A stretch of 12,960 nucleotides of DNA. Origin: a virus. Lineage: Duplodnaviria > Heunggongvirae > Uroviricota > Caudoviricetes. Position 1 is the first letter of the stretch, and each line of letters begins with the position of its first letter. The notes beneath the pieces were generated by a model. The model saw only the letters and a program-made list of their open reading frames with translations, was not told the DNA's origin and did not search any database. A program made the translations under genes and the position numbers. Location of the stretch: positions 64,001-76,960 of the IMG/VR virus record IMGVR_UViG_3300046507_000435; one strand, written 5' to 3'. Below, in pieces: positions 1-7,400 of this stretch.

Positions 1-1480
1 ACGGTGGATGAATTCCACGAATTTAAAAATCTTTGGTACTCGTCGCGCCTGACGGGCGTAAAGGGCATGGGCAACAAGACCGGCTCGCAAAAGGCGTTTG
101 ACATGTACAACAAGATCCGCGTGCTGCGCGATTCGCCGACCGGTACCGTCACCGCGATGACCGGCACGCCGATTTCCAACAGTGCCGTGGAAATGTACAC
201 CATGATGCGCTACCTGGCCGCCGGCGAGCTGCGCGACATGGGGCTGGAGCATTTTGACGCCTGGCGCGCCCAGTTCGTCAGTGCGGACGCCGGCTGGGAG
301 CCGACCGAAACGGGCCGCTTAAAGGAAGTGAACCGTCTGGGCCGCACCTGGTCGAATATGCGCTCGCTGATGGACCTGTACTACAGCTTCACCGATTCGG
401 TGGACAACGACGCCATCAAGGCCGCCTATGCCGAGGACAACAACGGCGCCGCCTTCCCGATCCCGCAAGTGAAGGGCGGCGATCGCCAGTCGATCGTGAT
501 CCAGCCGACCGCCGGCCAGATCGGCATCCTGAACGAGGTGCTGGATGGGTTCGACAACCTGGGCGACATCAAAGACCCGCAGGAGCGCAACAAGGCGCGC
601 CTGCGCCTGATGGACCGCGCCCGCAAGGTATCGCTGGACGTGCGCGCGGCCGATCCGCGCAACACCAGCATGGAAGCGGGTGGCAAGCTCGACGTGCTGG
701 CCGACAACGTGCACCGCATCTACCAGCAATGGGACGCCGATCGCGGCACCCAGCTGGTGTTCCTCGACCGTTCGGTCCCGAAGGCCAAGGGCGATGACGC
801 CGTGCTGAAGGAGTACGACGCCCTGGTGGCGGCCCAGAACGAAGCATTGCGCGCGGGTGACGAAGCTGGCCAGCGCCGCGCCGGCGAGGCGCTGGAGCGC
901 TTCGACCCGAACGAAATGGAAGAGCTGCGCGCCGCGCAGACGGGCGGCTGGAACGCCTATCAGCAGATCAAGGACAACCTGATCGCGCGCGGCATCCCAG
1001 CCGACGAAATCCGTTTTGTGCAGGAAGCGAACAGCGACGCCCAGAAAAAAGCCCTGTTCGACGCCGTCAACGACGGCACCGTGCGGGTCTTGATCGGTTC
1101 GACCCCGCGCATGGGCGCCGGCACCAACGTGCAAAAGCGTCTGGTGGCGCTGCACCATGCCGACGTGACGTGGAAGCCGTCCGACATCGAGCAGCGCGAA
1201 GGGCGCATCATCCGTCAGGGTAACTCGCTGCTGGACAAGTACGGCATGGACAAGTTCGCCGTCGAGATCCTGGCCTACGCCACCGAGCGCACCATCGACG
1301 CCAAGATGTGGTCCTTGAATTCGTCCAAGCTGCGCACCATCAACGGCATCCGCAAGTATGACGGCGCCTTCTCGATGGACTTTGAGGACGAGGAATCGGT
1401 CAGCATGGCCGAGCTGGCCGCGCTGGCATCGGGCGACCCGCTGTTGCTGGAGCGTGTCAAACTGATGTCGGAGATTGACA
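1..1480 (+). other. SF2 (SNF2/DarB-type) helicase domain of the giant protein
   Basis: Walker B DEFH (7-18), motif III TGTPISNS, motif V LIGST..MGAGTNVQ, motif VI WKPSDIEQREGRIIRQGN. These match my recollection of P1 DarB-like methylase-helicases. The methyltransferase and Walker A would lie upstream of the window. Confidence 0.9.
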
Positions 1481-4400
1481 AGCTGGAGCTGCTCAAACGC
1501 CAGCATGCCCGCAAGGAATGGGGCATCATCAGCCAGATCGAGGACGCCGAGCGCACCATCGCGCGCGCGCCGGCCCGCATCGCCGCCCTGCAGCAGGACA
1601 TGGGAGTGCTGAGCGCCGGCCAGGCGGCCATGGAAGCGGCCGCCGCCCAGCGCCGCGTCACGGTCGAGGGGCAGCAGTACAGCGACCCGACCGCCGCGCG
1701 CGCCGCCGTGCACGCCGCCGTCCAGACCCAGCAGCAGGGCGACGAGAAGGCCAAGGTATCGATCAACGTGGGCGGGCGCCGCTTGACCACGATGGACGGC
1801 GCCAACAGCGCCATCACCACGGCGCTGGGCGACAGCACGCCGTTTGCCATGACGGTGGGCGAGCAGACGCTGGGCGCGCGCACCGACGCGGCCCGCGCGC
1901 TGGCCAACATCGCCCAGCAGCAATCGAATAAGCTGGAGGCCGGCGAGGAAGTGACGGTACCGGCCGGCCGCTATCTGGGTCTGCCGCTGGAAATGACGGT
2001 GGTGCACAACAACCACGGCGGCCACTATGTCACCCTGGCGGTGCTGCGCGCCGACGGTTCGACCCTGCAGACGGCCGACACGAATATTCGTGCCGATACC
2101 GCCTACACCACCTCGTTCCTGCGCGGTGCGGTCGAGAAGCTGGAAGAGGCGCTGGAGCCGGGCCGCCTGTCGTACCAGATCAGCTATCAGGAAAAGGCGC
2201 TGGCCAGCGCGCAGGCCGGCCTGCCGGACCTGCAGGCCCGCAAGGGCGGCGCCTGGCCGCAGCAGGGCGAGCTGAACGCCAAGAACGAACGCCTGTCGCA
2301 GGTCATTTCGCTGCTGTCGTCCGGCGTGCAATCGAGCGCGCCGGGTGTGCGCTTCTCGATGAATCCCCTGATGAACGCCGACGGCAGCTACCGCCGCCAG
2401 GCGCCGGTGGCCGGCGGCGCGCTGTTTAGTCGCAAGCGCATCGACACCGACGACCAGCTGGTCAACGTGTACGCGCAGATCGCGCAGGACGACGACGCTT
2501 TCCGTATCCCCGACAGCGGCGCGCGTACCCTGGCCGGCGTGATGGCCGACATGGCGCCGGGCGTGGCCGTGGACGACTTTTATAGCGCGGGCCACCGTGA
2601 AGAGGGCGACCCGATGGCCGACCGCGTCTGGCATATCAGCGCGCAGGATGGCACTGGCGCCAACGCCTTTGTGTACCGCAATACCCGGGCGCGCCAGATC
2701 TGGCTCGACATTTCGAACTGGAAGGAAGGGCGCTCCGGCAACCGCATCTATCAGGCGGTGGCCACCTGGGCGCACAATACCGGCACCCAGTTCATCGGCG
2801 ACCCGGCCGGCCTGTCGGACAAGGCACTGTACCGTCGCACCGAGCAGATGCTGTCGTCGGCGCTGCGCCATGGCACCACCCAGCACCTGGCGCCGCACGC
2901 GCGCCAGCAAGAGGCCACCCACACCAAGAACGGGGAAGCGATGCGCCCGGTTCATTGGCGCGATGGTCATGACGCAAAGAACTTGCGGGAACTGTTGCTT
3001 TCGTCCTACACTAACATCCGCACTGTCTTCCCTGAAATCGATGATGTCCATTACAACTTCTCCACCGGCCAGTTTGAGCGCGCGCCCGCATCCGTTCGCG
3101 CATCTGGCGGGCCATTACTGGCTGACCAATCCGCTGCGGGAGAACCAGTTGCTCAGCACGGGCTGGGAGCCGGAGCAGATCGAGGCGCTGCCGGACGATC
3201 AGTTGACGGCGCTGATGAAGGACAGGGGCAGCTCGCACGAGTGGCTGCAATTCCTGTCACTGACGCGGATTTCCGCGCTCTTGGGGAATCGGTTCGCCGA
3301 GCCTATGACGTACTCTTCCCTTCCGGTCGAGGAGCGTTTACGCCTCCGATTGGCGTGTCTGATCTTAAAAGAGCGGCTCTCACCGGTACCGTACTACGCG
3401 CAGAAGGAAGCGAAGTGGGGCGAGCAGTTCTGGATCACGTATCAGAGCGGCTGTTACAACGAGTAAGCCCGCAGTTGGCCGGCCTGCTGTATAGCCCGAG
3501 CGCGGACTACTTCCGCGAAAGTGACGAATTCTCCCCGGCCGTGATCGACGCGGTGCCCCATCACGGGGTGCTGCCGCTGGCCGCCACGCTGTCGGGCGCC
3601 GATCTGCTGCAGGCGATGAAAGACACCGAGCAGCTGAACCGCCAGCTGATCAAGGAAGGCATCGCCCCGGTGCGTGCGCTGCGCACGGCGCCGAGCAGTG
3701 ACTTCGCCCTGGCGCGCCAGATCGGCGCCGCGCTGGGCATTCCGGTGCACTTTGTTGGGCAGAACAGCGCTTTTGAGGGCGTGGCCCACAAGGGCGTGGC
3801 CTTCCTGTCCGAGGGCATGCGCAACCCGGAGCTGGCCATCGCCGGCCACGAAACGCTGCACGCGCTGGAGCAAAGCAATCCCGCCCTGGGCGAGCGTCTG
3901 CGCCAGCAGATCCGCGCCTACCTGAAGGCGGGCGTGGTGCAAGAGCGCCAGCTGCAGGAATACGCCGCCAGCGGCTTCCAGGATGTCTCGCTGGAGAAGG
4001 CCGAGGGCGAGGTGCTGGCCGACATCAACGGCGCCATGTGGCTCGATCCGCAATTCTGGTCGGATCTGGCCAAGGCGGACGCCTCGCTGTTCCGCACCGT
4101 GGCCTACAAGTTCATGGAGCTGGCCGCCAAGGCGATCAGCGCCCTGCGCAGCCGCCGCTTTGACGTGGCGCGTCTGGTCACCGACGTGGCGGCGGTGCGC
4201 GCCATCATGGTCGATACCTGGGCGCAGCACGCCCAAGGCCTGCACGCGCGCGACGACATCAGCGCGCCGGCGGCCTTCTCGCCTGCGGGCGGCGACCATG
4301 CCGCAGCACTGGACAAGGCCCGGGACGCCGATCGCCAACTTGCCGAGGTTGCATTACAATACGGGGGCCGCGACGCCTACCTGGCGCAGAAAGCGGCCGG

Positions 4401-7400
4401 CGCCACGCTGCTGACCTATCCGCAGTGGTTGATCACCAAGACGCCGAATTTCAAGCAGTTTTATGGCGATTGGGAGGCCAAGCATGGACCCGCAGCAGAC
4501 GCAGCAATTCATCTCGGCCATCAAAACGGCGAAGAGTACGGCGGACCTTACAGCGTTGCTGATGACGCTGCCGGCGGCACCCCTTCCTTCTTTGGCCAGT
4601 CCGGACCCGTACGAACGATTGGAGGCACTGGAGAATCTGCCGCGCGCGAGCCAGCCGTCTACTATCACGGAACTACGGCGGATATTGACGCCTTCGACCT
4701 GAACCACCCGGGCCGCAAGGACCACGGCTGGCTGGGCACGGGCGTCTACGTCACCAGCTCCGAGTTCGTCGCCCATGGCTACGCCGACATCAAGGGCACC
4801 GAGGGCAAGAACATCGTACCGGTGTTTGTCGCCGTCAAGAACCCCTATGTGGCCCCTGCCGGCCTCAAATCCAAACTGAAAAACGCCCCGCGCGAAGTGG
4901 TCGACGCCTTCACCGCGCGCCTGGCCGCCGATGGCCACGATGGGGTGGTGTTCGAAACGCGCGCCGGCGCGCAGGAGCTGGTGGCCTTCAACCCGGCCGC
5001 CGTCAAGTCGGCCATCGGCAACAATGGCGCCTTCGACAAGGGCAATGCCGACCTGCGCTTTAGCAAAACCGACGGCGCGGCGAAGGCGGTCAAGATCGCA
5101 TGGTCGGACGACCATGAGCCGGGCCAGAACCCAGCGGGCATCAGCGCCTATGTCGAGGGCCACGAAGGCAAGGCCTTCATGTTCGCCGAGGATAACGCTG
5201 ACGGCACCTACTCGATTCAGGAGTCGGGGCTGCCTCCCGAGCTGCGCGGACAAGGCTACGGCGTCAAGATGTATCAGGCCTTAATCGATGAAATGGCGCG
5301 CCGTGGCCAGGTGCTGACCTCGGATGTCTCCGTATCGCCGGCCGCCCAGCACGTCTACCAGGCGCTGCAGGATCGCGGCTACGGTATCGAGCGCAATCCC
5401 AACGTGAGCGCCGATCCGGACACGGGCGCGCTGGAGTCCAATGACGGCAAGCCGGTCTACCGCATCATCCCGCGCGATGGCGGCCTGCTGTTCAGTCGCG
5501 CCGGCATCGGCGAGGCGATCGCCAGCGCCGCCAACAACGCGGCCGCGCTGCGCCTGCCGGCCGGCTACCTTGTCGGCGACCTGTTCAACCAGTCGGGCAA
5601 GATCAGCTGGTGGCACAAGACCATCGGCACCATGGAGAACCTGGCCAAACGTCAGCCGGCCTTCGCCCGCGTGTACGACGCCGTGCAGAGTTTTATTGGC
5701 GACATTTCGCGCTACGCCGTGGCGGCCGCCGACCTGGCGCCGACGCTGCTGCCCAAGCTGGAGGATTTCAAGGACGTGTTCGGCAAGGACCGCAAGAAGC
5801 CGCTGACGGCCGAGGACACCAAGGCGATCGGCGCGCCAATCTTCGAAGGCACGCTGTCGTGGGCGCGTGACGCCAATGGCAAGCCGGTCAAGATGGAGGT
5901 GCTGGAAGCGCAGGCCGCGCAGCTGACGACCGAACAGAAGGCCCAGATCCTGCTGCAAAAGGGCATCATCGATGACGGCCAGAATCAAGCCTGGCTGGGC
6001 CAGTCGGGCATGATGTACCAGAACATCATCGACAGCAAATTTACCAAGACCCAGCTGGCCGCCGGCGTGGTCTGGACTGATCCGGAGCTGCGCGAGCTGT
6101 TCAGCCTGAACGATCACCAGATCGCGCTGTACCGCGAATTCCGCGCCGCCCTCGACAAGAGTTTGACGAACCTGTCGATCAGCGAAATGGTGAAGTTCGC
6201 CGGCAAGGATGCCAAAGGCATGCTGGAGCAGGCCATCGCGGCGCCGGACATCAAGGCCGCCGGCGAGCTGCTGCGCGACCACTTCATTGCCCTGGCCCAG
6301 CAGGAGCCGGACAAGGCCGACATGCACCTGACCACGGCCAGCCAGCTGATGGATCTGGCCGACAAGGGCGAGGATCTGATTCGCCGCGGCTACGCGCCGC
6401 TGTCGCGCTTTGGCAAGTACACGGTGTACGTGCAGCAGGGCGAGGAACAGGTGTACTTCGGCATGTTCGAAACCCAGTATGAGGCCTCCAAAATGGCGCG
6501 TGACATGGCCGCCGAGCATCCGGACGCCACCGTCACCCACGGCACCGTGTCGGAGGATGCCTATAAACTGTTCGCCGGCGTGTCGCCGGAAACGATCGAG
6601 CTGTTCGGCTCCATGGTCGGGCTCGACAGCCAGGCCAACGCCGCCAGCACCGAGGTGTACCAGACCTATCTGAAGCTGGCCAAGAACAACCGCAGCTCGA
6701 TGAAGCGCCTGATCCAGCGCAAGGGCATCGCCGGTTTCTCGGAGGACGCCGCGCGCGTGCTGGCCGGTTTTATTTATTCGAACGCCCGCCTGACCGCCGG
6801 CAACGCCCACCTGGGCGAAGTGGACGAGGCGATCACGGAGATTCCGAAGCAGCAGGGCGAATTGACGGACGCGGCGATGCAGCTGCGCGAGTCGATCCGC
6901 AACCCTGAAGGGGGCAATAAACTGGGCGGACTGATGTTCGCGCAGTTCCTGGGCGGCTCCGTGGCGTCGGCCATGGTCAACCTGACGCAGCCGGTCACCA
7001 TGACGCTGCCATATTTAAGTCAGTTTGGCGGCATCGCCAAGGCCGGCAGCCGCCTGGCGGCCGCGATCCGCGACGCCGGCAAGGAAACGACGGGCGAAGC
7101 GCACCTTGACGAGGCGCTGCGCTGGGCTGCCGACGAGGGCATCGTGGCGCCGCAGGAAGTGCACTACCTGCAGGCGCAGGCCGCCGGCAAGGGCGCGCTG
7201 CGCTCGGGCGACGGCACCCGCGCCGGCAACGCCCGCGCCGCCCTGAACAACGCCCTGTCCAAGGTCCAGCTGGGATGGGGGAAATTGTTCGCCATGGCCG
7301 AACTGACCAACCGCCGCGTGACCTTTATCGCCGCCTACCGCACCGCGATCGATGAGAACATCCCGAACCCGGCCAAATTCGCCGAAGAGGCGGTGTCCCA

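Larger units (their letters stand above)
2347..5499 (+). repeat. Dispersed cassette-junction repeats encoding hydrophobic-(F/Y)-S
   Basis: VRFS 2347, ALFSR 2419, LLYS 3484, AAFS 4270, LRFS 5053, LLFSR 5485. At the DNA level, GGCGGCGCGCTGTTTAGTCGC (2413-2433) and GGCGGCCTGCTGTTCAGTCGC (5479-5499) are 18/21 identical. Confidence 0.7.

Noticed and set aside
2597-3040. N-terminal half of the 289-aa +1 ORF in the track
   Set aside because: R/P/S/W-rich shadow sequence while the host frame has normal bias. Only the part from about 3041-3074 onward shows a coding signal.
319-3051. 910-aa antisense ORF
   Set aside because: Antisense shadow of a high-GC3 gene. Composition is V/G/R/A/L/H-rich with no motifs and no RBS.
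4298-4414. 38-aa +1 ORF (MPQHWTRPG...) over the rare-codon patch
   Set aside because: No clear SD and shadow-like composition. The patch is better explained by the TCGCCA-N17-TACAAT promoter.
5272-5313. A/T-rich codons TAT CAG GCC TTA ATC GAT GAA in the second GNAT as a marker of a third nested gene
   Set aside because: The +1 frame closes within about 10 codons (ATG AAA TGG...TGA), there is no paired -35/-10, and there is no sustained GC3 switch.
3454-6810. Antisense ORFs 3454-4338, 4354-5253 and 5281-6810
   Set aside because: Same shadow effect; the codon bias belongs to the plus-strand frame.
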